55,817 bases of DNA. Origin: Leucoraja erinacea (taxonomy: Eukaryota). A program made the translations under genes and the position numbers. Each line of letters starts with the position of its first letter. Position 1 is the stretch's first letter. The stretch lies in contig NC_073411.1 in assembly GCF_028641065.1 (NCBI RefSeq), forward strand, positions 7,192,001-7,247,817, given 5' to 3'. The notes below the pieces were generated by a model, which saw only the letters and a program-made list of their open reading frames with translations, made no database searches and was not told the origin of the DNA. Shown one piece after another: positions 12,986 through 24,578 of the stretch.

Positions 12986-14050
12986 TGGAGTTCTACAGAG
13001 TAAAGCGCAGGAGCGCAAGTCAACACAATTTATACCAGTGACTTACTGTGGGACCAAATTAACATTTCCAAACTGTCTGATGCATCAGCATGCACAAAGA
13101 TTGTGTGGCAGATTAATTATAATGTAGGAATTATGAAGTTAGTTTCTATGCAGCGTCTTCAACCCAATCCTCTATCCATAAATACAGCCTGACCTGATGA
13201 GTCTTTGCAGCATTTGCAGTTTCTCGATTTTCATGCAGTATGTATGCCGCTTGAATAATCTATACTGGTCCCAATGTTTCTAATTCTACAATCAGGGCAT
13301 TTCAAAATAGGACCAGGAATACCCCATGGATACACAAGGTTGCTCTGCCTTTCAATGTCATCGGCGTTGATTTGACCCACAGCCAATCTCTTCCTCCAAA
13401 CCAGATGCACTGGATTGCTTTATTCCTCAATGTTTCAAAAATGGATCTATGTTCTCTTCCAATACCCCAGATGGATTCCCGCCATCCAGAGGTAGAGATT
13501 CGAAGAGGTTCACCTCCCTCTGCAACAATAAATTGTCTACTCACCTCAGATTGAAATGACTGGCTCACATTTTGTAACCATCATCCCTCGTTTGAAAGTA
13601 CACAAAATTGTTGGAGAAACTTAGCGGGTGCAGCAGCATCTAGAGCGAAGAAAATAGGCGACGTTTCGGGCCGAAACCCTTCTTCAGACATCCCTCGTTT
13701 GAGATTGACCCAGGCATGAAAACATTGTGAAATCCGCCATGCATTACCTCTTAAACATTATATATGTTTCAAGAAGAGCGATACCCATTCTTCTAAAGTC
13801 TAAAAGCATTTGAACGAGATTTGTTTAGTTGTTCACGACAGAACAGCTCCCTCATCCACGGAAGTTGTCCAATGAATTTCTTCTGAACTACGTCCAAAGC
13901 CTGGATATGATTTCCTAAATAAGGTAGCACTGTGTCCAGGATTCCAGATATCGTGTGCAATTATTGCAACACCTCCGTATTTCTAAACTCCAATCCTCTT
14001 GAAAAGAATTCCAACATACAGTTCCCCTTCCTAAACACTTGGCGTATTAA

Positions 14051-14257
14051 AGGGCCTGTCCCACTTCGGCGTCATTTGCGCGTAATTTACGCGACATCAT
14101 TTACGCGTCACGATGCGCGCGTCGCGCCGCGCACATGCTGCGCGCATGGCACGCATTACGCACGCATAGTGCGTGGTGACGTAGGATTTTGGGATGTACA
14201 AAATCTTCGCGCGCCATCTGCGTGATGCGCAAATAACGCCCAAGTGGGACAGGCCCT
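14051..14257. mobile_element. Palindromic MITE (TIR agggcctgtcccactt), possibly PIF/Harbinger-type
   Basis: 16-bp terminal inverted repeats with extended internal self-complementarity, preceded by TAA. A half copy lies at 40331-40404. Confidence 0.75.
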
Positions 14258-14364
14258 TTGTTCGTCTGCATTTTCTCCCTTTTAAATGCCCTCTTCAAGC
14301 CAAGGCAAACTATTCCTTGTTAGACTGCATTGATCACATCATATAAAACATCTCCATCTTTAAT

Positions 14365-14930
14365 GTTAAAGAAAGAACTGCAGATGCTGGAAACATCGAA
14401 GGTAGACAAAAACGTTGGAGAAAATCAGCGGGTGAGGCTGCATCTATGGAGCGAAGCAACAGGCGACGTTTCGGGTCGAGACCCTTCTTCAGACTGATGT
14501 CGGGGTGGGGGAAGGGGGGAGAAAGGAAGAGGCGGAGACAGTGGGCTGTGCGAGAGCTGGGAAGGGGAAGGAAGGAGAAAGCAAGGACTACCTGAAATTG
14601 GAGGTCAATGTTCTTACCGCTGGGGTGTAAACTATCCAAGCGAAATACGAGGTGCTGCTCCTCCATTTTGCTGCGGGACTCACTCTGGCCATGGTGGAGA
14701 CCCAAGACAGAAAGGTCGGATTCGGCATGGGGGGGGGGGTAGATTGAAGTGCTGATCCACCGAGGGATCAGGTTGGTTATTGCGACCTGAGCGGAGATGT
14801 TGGGCGAAGCGGTCGCCAAGCTTGGTCTCACCGATGTAGAGCAGTTCACACCTGGAACAGCGGATGCGATAGATGACGTTGGAAGAGGTGCAGGTGACCT
14901 GCCTCACCTGGAAAGACTGTTTGGGTCTTG
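14365..14930 (-). mobile_element. Penelope-like element 3' fragment (GIY-YIG endonuclease and terminal repeat)
   Basis: ORF 14680-14988: CTSSNVIYRIRCSRCELLYIGETK..RFAQH..V..HFN is the Penelope-type GIY-YIG signature. Confidence 0.85.
14461..14494 (-). ncRNA. Minimal hammerhead ribozyme motif in the Penelope-like terminal repeat
   Basis: The minus strand reads gt-CTGAAGA-a-GGGTCtcGACCC-GAAAC-GTC-gcct: CUGANGA core, stem II, GAAA and a GUC cleavage triplet. Confidence 0.6.
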
Positions 14931-15208
14931 GGTGCTTGTTATAATTGCTTAAACGTACATTTCGTTCAATGTAATTTTTCTCAAACACTCAAGTTCCAAA
15001 ACGCGCCAGTCACGTCCCAGAGCCTCCTTTATCTCACGCCGCTTTCGTATTTCGTATTGAATGATGGGTCACAAGACGACGGCAGTATAGGTTTGGTATT
15101 TGTTTATTGTGATGCAAGAGCCATTACATTACATTACATTACATGCAAGAGTCAAGGCTCGTTGATGTATGTCGCCACATTGGAAGGGAACTGCCTGTTT
15201 ACCGCAGC

Positions 15209-16124
15209 TCATTTCCCAACGACGATTTCCACTGGACAGTCGATAGTCGGGTTTTTCCTCTTTTTGAGACGAAACCGGCAATTCTGAATATCGAAAGTTA
15301 ACATGCAATCGGCTGGGAAACCTTCTGGCATGAAATACCTAAGGAACAGATTAGGGAACCAATAATCAATGACTCGCTCCGAGCGTGCAGGTGGAGAGTA
15401 ATATCCAAACCTCACATCCAACCCTGATCACGTTTCAATCTCCCTCGCTCTTTCCTTCTCTCTTTCTTTATTTTTTCTTTCTACCTCTTTATCACTTCAT
15501 CTCCCTCACTCTCCCCCCCTCTCCACCCCCACCTCCCCGCCCTCTTATTTTCTGTTCCAAGGACTTTATACAACAATTGCTTATTACACTGTACCAAAAG
15601 TACAGAAACGTTCAATGGTCACTATACAGCAATCAGTCATTATAACACAACGGTGCAATCGTTATTACAATGCGCTCGACCTCCCGCGGCGACCAGCGTT
15701 CACGGAGTGGACACCGCGTGTTCCCTCTCCAGGGACACAAGAGCACAGAGGTAAGCCCGGAAGAGGGGCAGGCAGCCGACTCTGGTGTGACCATCGACCG
15801 CCCGCTGCCTGGATCCACGAATGGGTATCTTGGCCCGGCCCAGGAGCAAACCAACAGGGAGATCCCACCTTCCCGATCGGCCCTCCCCACTCCCTGCCGT
15901 GTGCCCAAACACCAGGATCGTGGGGCTGAAATGCAACCAAACCTTGATGAACAGCCCCTTCAGATATTCGGACAGGGGCAGCAACCTCTCACTCTCGATA
16001 TACAGGTGGAACCCGGTCTCTGCGAGTCCGTGAACCGACTCAAAAGTTTGTTAAGCATCACAGCTCTGTGCAGCATTCTCTCTCTCTCTCTCTCTCTCTC
16101 CCATCCTCCCTCGACCCCCCCCCT

Positions 16125-16156
<32 letters not shown>

Positions 16157-18045
16157 CCCCTATCCGCCACCTTCAGCCCTGCGGTGCCAGTTCTGTGATC
16201 GGGCGGATAATTACTTACCGTTCACAACAAATATAGCCAATGAGCGAACACACGCACTCCCAGCAGTTGGTGCTATACCAATATTCCCCGAATTCATGAG
16301 ACGTCCCGTCGTTTGTGTCAAGGCAGAAGCCCCTCGCTGTTGGTGATAAACACAGCGGACGGTGAATGTCCCGTCAGGGAGTGGAGTTACTGTGCAGGGG
16401 TGGCGCGTCCGGGGTGTTGCCTCAATACTAACTCACCCTGGAAATGAGCCTTTCAGACCATTGGGAAGAGCGTGTGCTCTGACCCGGACTTGGCACTTGG
16501 CTGCACGGTACCGTTTCAGCCGGGTTCCGACATCAGCACCCTACCCAACGCCCTGTTACTCATCTCGGAGGCCCAACTGGGGAAACTAGAATTCAATCCA
16601 TATCTGTTTAAATAAAATTCAATGTATTCAGCTATTTACAGAATTATTTATGCATGGAACTATATCAAAACACCCACCGCCATAATATTGGACTGTCAAT
16701 GATCGCAAACAAATAACAAATCACCACGTTCCGATTCAAGAGACAGTCAGACCCTCGCGGCGGCCAGCCGCCCCGGATCGCCTCCCGGATGTCAGTGGAC
16801 ACTAGGTGTTCTTTTTCAAAGTACAAACTGGCGCCAACATCAATTCCGGGAAGATGTGGGCAGTCTGCTAGTGTGGAGCCCTCGTCTGCCGCAAATGGCC
16901 AGGCCAAGGTTGATAGACACGAGTCCTCCTCTGGTCTACCCCCACCCCCCCCCCCCTCCCCGCCCGCACAGGGTGCACACAGATTAGTACGGTTGGACTG
17001 AAGTTGAGCCAGAAAACAAGGAGCAGCCCGTTCAAGTAGCTCGCTCCATAACTGTCGGAGGAAACTTCAGATACTGGTTTGCACCGAAGATTGACACAAA
17101 ATGCTGGAGTAACTCTGCGGGTCCGCGGGTGCGGTCTGAAGAAATATCTGGGCCCGAAACGTCACCTATTCCCTTTCTCCAGAAATGCTGCCTGAACCGA
17201 CAAGTGACCCCATCATTTCGTGTCTATCACTCCATATTCGTGTAGGTTTCGCAGTTGCCCCTTGATTACAGTGTGTACCCCTGACCCACTGTGACCCCCA
17301 ATACTAATCCAGACAGTGGGTGCCGGGACCAGTCAAAAATGGGGCACTTTCACAATTTCCGGGCGAAACCCGTCTCACGGCCAATGAAGAGCCGGAGAAG
17401 TGTCGCCATTGTTGTCGGGAACCGTGGCTACCATTGGGTGCACGACAAGATCCCACACAGCCCGGCGATTGGCTCCTGATGACCAGGTCTATCAACAGCT
17501 GTTCAGGGACAAACATTGGTCAGTGTAAAGGAGCAGCGGTACTTCATTCTGATGAGATCATTCAATCCACCTGTGGACAAGGTTCAATGCCTCAGCTGGA
17601 GTGGAGCAGAGGAGCGCACCCTCAACTGAGGGTTAGTCGGGGCATCAACCTCCACTACTCTCAGACTCCTACCCGACCGCGGAACCAAGTGTGACGAGCT
17701 TTGGTGATGCCCCGCTCAGTCCCTGTTGTCGGCCGAGTCTCACTGCCGGATCTGAGAGTGAGATTCATATCGATAGATTACCGCTTATGTGCTGTGGCGT
17801 AATGAAGCAGGCGGATTCCAACGGCTGAGCAGCGAGAAGCAGCAGAGCGATGCACAGTAGGTGTTTCTGCAGAGGGATAGAGGGAGAGAGAGATGGAGAG
17901 CTTGGTGAGCGACGTGGTCAAGTAACTAACACTGCACCTTGTCCCTGTCACCATCACATCGGACTCAACGACTCAAAGCTGCGCTGGGTTCTTTATTGAA
18001 CAACCAGCAACAGTCGGATGCACAAACCCGATCAGTACATACCAT
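15209..18045 (-). CDS. MSMB: MSMB-like copy 3, 111 aa, 4 exons
   Basis: Minus-strand exons 18045-18043, 17866-17782, 16336-16219, 15338-15209, GT-AG. MKHLLCIALLLLAAQPLESA-CFITPQHISARGFCLDTNDGTSHEFGEYWYSTNCWECVCSLIGYICCERYFMPEGFPADCMLTFDIQNCRFRLKKRKNPTIDCPVEIVVGK*. AATAAA at 15108-15103. Confidence 0.9.
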
Positions 18046-18753
18046 GATCTCCGAACCAGACTCTTCTCTTCAGTGTTAGAGCGGACAATCTCTGTCTCAG
18101 AGGCACCGCCTGCAGACTTCATTCTCCGCTCCCGGGAACCTGCATTTGAACCCTGGCTTGTGCCGCCTGCGTTTTATCTATTCAGAAAAGAGGCGGAGTT
18201 TCGATGATCCCGCCTTTCACTTCAACCAGCGTATCGTCCTTAAAGTCCTAGAGCGCTGAAGCAGACCATGTCTCTCAAAATGCCCCATCTCCGCTAGTCC
18301 CACCCGCGAGTGTTTAGCCCATGTCCGTCTAAACTATTCCATTCCATGGACCCCTCCAAATGCCTTTGTATGCTACTGTGAGAACTTGTCTAACTGCTCT
18401 CCAGCAGTGACGGCTGCTGCTGCGAGGCTTTGTCATTCTCCTCCGGTTTTACACATTTATCCCTACCCCTAACGCGTCTACGTCTAAACTGCCCCTGACC
18501 ACATGTCCCATCTACACTAGTCCTACTTGCCTGCGTTTGGCGCATATCCATCTATCCATCATGTACATGTCTAATTGTTTCTTAAACTTTGTGATAGTCT
18601 GTGCTTCAACTACATCCTCCGGCAGCTCGTTCCAAGCACCCACCTCCATTTGTGTCAAAATGTGATGCCCCAGATTCCTATCATATCTTTCCCTCTTCAC
18701 GTTAAAACTATGCCGTTTGTTTCTCCATTTCCCTGATCTGAGCAAGACTCTTA

Positions 18754-18979
18754 TGCCCCTGTCCCAATTAGGAAACCTGAACGGAAACCTCTGGAGACTT
18801 TGCGCCCCACCCAAGATTTCCGTGCGGTTCCCGGGGTTTTTATTAAGTCTATCTACCTGCTTCCACTACCTGCAAACTCCGGCAACCACCTGCAACCTCC
18901 GGGAACCGCACGGAAACCTTGGGTGGGGCTCAAAGTCTCCAGAGGTTTCCGTTCAGGTTTCCTAAGTGGGACAGGGGCA
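18754..18979. mobile_element. Palindromic MITE
   Basis: ~65-bp imperfect terminal inverted repeats (tgcccctgtccca..ggaaacctgaacggaaacctctggagactttg). Confidence 0.8.
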
Positions 18980-19366
18980 TAATTCTCCAGCCCATTTCTT
19001 ATTGAAATGATGGTTTGGATGGAACCGATCACAGGTTTAGGAGAACCGCTGAGCCTCGTTCCCCATTTCCAAGCTAAAGGTATAAAAGCCTTCGTATTTA
19101 TTACTTTTCGGACTCATTTACAGAGTTCATAGTTATATTCTCTTACAACCTACATTTCGTTCAATTTAAATGTTCTCAAACACTCAAGTTCCCAGAGCCT
19201 CCTTCATCTCACGCCGCTTTCCTATTAAATGATGGGTCAGAAGACCACGACAGAATAGGTTTGGCATTTGTTTATTGTCACGCAAGAATCATTACATTAT
19301 GTGCAAGAGTCAAGGCTCATTGATGTATGTCACCACATTGGAAGGGAGCTGCCTGTTTATTCCAGC

Positions 19367-22300
19367 TCATTTGCCAACAGCTACTCGCGTTTGACAGTCG
19401 ACAGTCGGGTGGGCCTTTTGTTTGACGTGAAACGAACATTCCTGAATATCGAAAGTTATCATACAGTCGTCCGGGAAATCATTTGGCATGAAATACCTAG
19501 GGAACAGATCAGGGAACCAATGATAAACAACTCGCCCCGAGCGTGCAGGTGGACAGAAATATCTAGGTCTAACCCGAACATCCAACCCTGCGGTGCGGTC
19601 TCTTTCAATCAATCAATCAATCAAATACTTTATTGTCATTCAAAAATACACCAACAGATGCAAGTCTGAACGACATTTCGTTGCATCTGGCTCACCGTTC
19701 ATTCTCTCTTTCTGCCTTNNNNNNNNNNNNNNNNNNNNNNNNNNNNNNNNNNNNNNNNNNNNNNNNNNNNNNNNNNNNNNNNNNNNNNNNNNNNNNNNNN
19801 NNNNNNNNNNNNNNNNNNNNNNNNNNNNNNNNNNNNNNNNNNNNNNNNNNNNNNNNNNNNNNNNNNNNNNNNNNNNNNNNNNNNNNNNNNNNNNNNNNNN
19901 NNNNNNNNNNNNNNNNNNNNNNNNNNNNNNNNNNNNNNNATCCTTTATTCCTTTCTTTCAAACCAGATCCCGGGTTTGGTACAGAGATGGAGAGAACCGG
20001 TGGTCGAGCCGTTCCGTCTACTGTGCCCGTCAATAACCAACCCAACGCCAACACTTACGGCTGACGCCATGGCACCGGCGACCATTCGGGGTCAGACAAT
20101 GTGAGCTAAACGGCTGGTGATTACTTACCGATCGCAGCATGTGTAACCTTTGCGCGAACACACGCACTCCCAGCAGTTGCTGCCCATCCAAACTTCTTCC
20201 AATTCATGAAACGTTCCGTCGTTAACGTCAACGCATACGTCCTTACCTGTTGGTGACATAGAGAGCAGGTGGTCGGAGCAGAGTAACCCGAGGAGGTGGC
20301 GGGGCAGTGGTGTTGCCTCAATACAAACGCACCCTGGAAATGAGCCATTCAGACCATTGGGAAGGGCCAGGGTCCGTCCGCGTGTGTACTGATCCGGACC
20401 TGCCACTTGGCTGCACAGTACCGTTTCACCCGGGTCCGACAAGAGCGCCCGACCCACTCTCAGCTTCACTATCTCGGAGGCCCAATTGGGGAATTGGGGA
20501 ATCCAAATATGTTTAAATAAAATTCAATGTATTCAGCTACTTACAGAACTATTACAAAACACCCACCGCCATAACATTAGACTGTCAAATATCGCAACCA
20601 AATATCAAATCACTGTTACAATAGATAATAGACAATAGACAATTGGTGCAGGACAAGGCCATTTGGCCCATCGAGCCAGCACCGCCATTCAATGTGATCA
20701 TGGCTGATCATCCCCATTCAGTACCCAGTTCCTGACTTCTCCCCGTATCCCCTGACTCCACTATTTTTATGAGCCCTATCTAGCTCTCTCTTGAAAGCAT
20801 CAAGATAACCTGCCTCAATTGCCCCCTGAGGCAGAGAATTTCACAAACTCCCACTCTCTGTGAGAAAGTGTTTTCTCGTCTCCGTTCTAAAGTGCTTACT
20901 CCTTTTTCTTAAACTGTGACCCCTGGTTCTGGACTCCCCCAACATCGGGAACATGTTTCCTGCCTCTAGTGTGTCCCAGCCTTTAACAACCTTACATGTT
21001 TCAATGAGATCACCTCTCATCCTTCTAAACTCCAGAGTGTACATGCCCAGCTGCTCCATTCTCAAAGCATATGACGTTCCTGCCATCCCGGAAATTAACA
21101 TTGTAAACCTACGCTGCACTCCCTCAATAGCAAGAATGTCCTTCCTCAAATTAGGGGACCAAAACTGCACACAGTACCCCAGGTGTGGTCTAACTAGGGC
21201 TCTGTACAACTGCAGAGTTACGATCCTGATTCAGGAGACAGTCAATCCCTCGCGGCGGCCAGCGATCATGGTTTGCCTCCCGGATGTCAGTGGACACCTG
21301 GTGTTCTTTATCAAGGAACTACCAGGCGCCGACGTAAGCTCTGAAAGGAAGCGGGCAGACGGCTAGTGTGGGTCGTTCGTCTGTTGCAAATGGCCAGCTT
21401 GGCCAGGCCCAAGGTTGAAAGACACGACATCATCTTCTGATCTACCCACTCCCCTCCGCATTGGGTGCACGCTGGTTAGGCTGGTGGGACTGAAGTGGGG
21501 CCTTAATTCATGGAGCAGCCCATTCAAGTAGCTCACTCCATAATTGTGGCGGAAGAAACTTCAGATGCTGGTTTACACAAAATGCTGGAGTAATTCAGCG
21601 GGTCACCGAGTCAGGTCTGAAGAAAGATCTCGACCGGAAACGTCACATATTCCTTTCCTCCATCGATGCTACCTGAACCACTGAGTTACTCCAGCACTGT
21701 GTGTGTATCAAGGCATTATTGGTTATGCTTCGCCGTTGCCGCTGGTTACAGTGTGAAACATAGTAACAGAGAAACATAGAAAATAGGTGCAGGAGTAGGC
21801 CATTGGCCCTTCGAGCCTGCACCGGCATTCAATATGATCATGGCTGATCATCCAACTCAGTATCCCATACCTGCCTTCTGTCCATACCCCCCTGATCCCT
21901 TTAGCCACATCTAACTCCCTCTTCAATATTGCCAATCAACTGGCCTCAACTACCTTCTGTGGCAGAGAATTCCACAGATTCACCACTCTCGGTGTAAAAA
22001 ATGAATTTCTTATCTCGGTCCTAAAAGACTTCCCTCTTATCCGTAAACTGTGACCCACTGGGGATCCCCAATATTCATCCAAGCTGTGGGTGCCGCGACT
22101 GGTTTGGGAGGAACTCTCGGGGCACTTCACCATTTTGATGTAAAACCCGTTTCGCGGCGGGTGAGGTGTCGCCATTGTTGTGGGGACACGTGGGTTGCAT
22201 TGGGTGCACGGCATGATCCCAAAAGCCTAGTGTGTGGCCGCTGGTCACTAGTTCTATCAACAGTAGTTGGGGGACCAATGTTGGTTAGTATACAGGGGTA

Positions 22301-23319
22301 GCTGCACCTCATTCTGATGTGATCCTTCAATCCACCCGTGCCTCAGCCGGAGTGCGGCAGAGGAGCGCTCCCTCAACTGAGGATTGGTCGGGTCATCATC
22401 CACTATCCCCTCCACAGGTTCACCAGACTGATTCCTGGGATGGCAGGACTTTCATATGAAGAAAGACTGGATGGACTCGGCTTGTACTGGCTAGAATTTA
22501 GAAGATTGAGGGAGGATCTTATAGAAACTTACAAAATTCTTAAGGGGTTGGACAGGCTAGATGCAGGAAGATTGTTCCCGATGTTGGGGAAGTCCAGGCC
22601 AAGGGGTCACAGTTTAAGGATAAGGGGGAAATCCTTTAAAACCGAGACGAGAAGAACTTTTTTCACACAGAGAGTGGTGAATCTGTGGAATTCTCCGCCA
22701 CTGAAGGTAGTTGAGGCCAGTTCATTGGCTATATTTAAGAGGGAGTTAGATGTGGCCCTTACGGCTAAAGAGATCAGGGGGTATGGAGAGAAGGCAGGTA
22801 CAAGATACTGAGTTGGATGATCAGCCATGATCATATTGAATGGCGGTGCAGGCTCGAAGGGCCGAATGGCCTACTCCTGCACCTATTTTCTATGTATCCA
22901 GCCTCAGACTACAACTCGTGAGAGGAATAAGCGGGGAGCCAAGGGTGACGAGCTTTAGCGTAGCGCCATGAGTATGATGTACTGCCCAGTCCCTGCAGTC
23001 AGAGTCTCACTGCCGGACCTGAGAGTGAGATTCACGTCCATATGTTACCGCTTGTGTCCTGTCGCTGAAAGGTGCAGGAGGATTCCGACAGCGGAGCAGC
23101 GAGAAGCAGCAGAGCGATACACAGTAGGAGTTTCTGCGGAGGGAGGGAGAGGGAGAGAGAGAAAGAGGTTGTTGAGTGACGTGGTCAAGTAAACTAACAC
23201 TGCATCATGTCCGTCATTGGCACCTCAGAGGCGGCTGTGCGGCGACTTAAAGCAGCGCTGGGAAGTTTACTGAACACCCAGCAACAGTCAGATGCACAAA
23301 GGCGATCCGTACTTACCAT
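19367..23319 (-). CDS. MSMB: MSMB-like copy 4, 111 aa, 4 exons
   Basis: Minus-strand exons 23319-23317, 23133-23049, 20246-20129, 19496-19367. MKLLLCIALLLLAAPLSESS-CTFQRQDTSGKDVCVDVNDGTFHELEEVWMGSNCWECVCSRKGYTCCDRYFMPNDFPDDCMITFDIQECSFHVKQKAHPTVDCQTRVAVGK*. AATAAA at 19276-19271. An assembly gap lies in intron 3. Confidence 0.87.
19719..19939. other. Assembly gap (N run)
   Basis: Ns. Confidence 1.
20625..21215 (-). mobile_element. CR1 LINE 3' fragment in copy 4 intron 2
   Basis: ORF 20841-21209 RPHLGYCVQFWSPNLRKDI and an (aatagac)n tail. Confidence 0.85.
21760..22050 (-). mobile_element. CR1 LINE 3' end
   Basis: GHSLRIRGKSFRTE..FFT.RVVNLWNSLP plus the family 3' UTR. Confidence 0.8.
22415..22895 (+). 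mobile_element. CR1 LINE 3' fragment
   Basis: RFTRLIPGMAGLSYEERL..FFTQRVVNLWNS plus the family 3' UTR. Confidence 0.85.
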
Positions 23320-24578
23320 GATCCCCGAACCAGACCGCTTCTCCCCAGTTGCTGAGAAGACAACCTGCGTCCCGCCGGCCGGCACCGCCGGCAGACGTAA
23401 TTCTCCACTCTTGAGAACCTGCATTTCAACCTTGGCTTGTGCTGGCTGTGTCCTATTTATTCAGGAAAAAGGTGGAGTTTCCCTGGTCCCGCCTTTCACT
23501 TCACCGGTCTTTCAACCTGCACTTATCCTTATAAGTCACAGAACAGCGAAACTGACCGTTCCTCTTAAAATGCTTCATCCCCGCTAGTCCCACCCGCAAG
23601 TCTTTAGCCCATGTCCGTCTGAACCTTTCCATTCAATGGGCCCGTCCAAATGCCTTTTGTTACTACTGGTGTGGGTGCTACTGTGCTACTGCAGTACAGT
23701 ACATGCTACTGTGAGAATCGCCTCACTGCTCTCCATCTGTGACCGCTGCTGCTACGCGTTGCCCTTCTTCCACCGTGTTAGCTTACTCCATCACCGCCCC
23801 GCCCCACCCCACCCCAGCTTGAAGAAGTGCCTCGTCCTGAATCGTCAGAGAGTTATAGAGCGTGAAAACATGCCCCGATAGACTGTGCCTCAAGCACCTC
23901 CTCCGGCTGCTCGTTCCGTACACCCACTAGCATTTGTGTGAAAGGGTAATGCCTCAGATTCCTATTATATCTATCCCTCTTCACCTTAAATCTATGCCAT
24001 CTGGTTCTTGGTTTCCCCTACTTTGGGAAAGAGACTCTGAGTATCCACTCAGTCTATTCCTCTCATGAGTTTAAACACTTCCTTGGAATTCTTGGAATTC
24101 TTACTTGCATGCACTCCAACTTAAATGTTGCCACACATTCAAGTTCCCAATCGCGCACAAAGTTTCCCAACGCCTTCTCTTTCTCCAGCCCATTTCCTAT
24201 TTGAATGATGGGTTAGAATCAGATGGAACGAATCACTGGTTTAGGCGAACCCCTAGGCCCCGTGCCCCATAATCAGGCTAAACGCATCAAATCTTTAGAA
24301 TTTATCACTTTTCATATTAATTTAAATATTTCACCGTTACATTTTCTTACAAATTACAATTCGTTCAATTTACATTCTCTGAAAAACACTCATGTACTCA
24401 AACAAGGTATCCTGTATCTTACACTCTTTCTAATTGAAATGATGGGTCAGACGATGACAGCAGAATAGGTTTGATATATGTTTATTATGAGCAAGAGTCG
24501 TTACATTATATTCAAGAGTCAAGGCTCCTGTTTCTCATTGATGAATGTCTCCACGTTGGAAGGGAGGTTTATCCCAGC

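Noticed and set aside
18754-18979. Long palindromes as miRNA precursors or CRISPR-like arrays
   Set aside because: They are dispersed copies with shared TIRs, i.e. MITEs; there is no repeat-spacer structure and the context is eukaryotic.
19593-20064. Long ORFs spanning N runs (also 41123-41893 and 50957-51643)
   Set aside because: Artefacts of assembly gaps.
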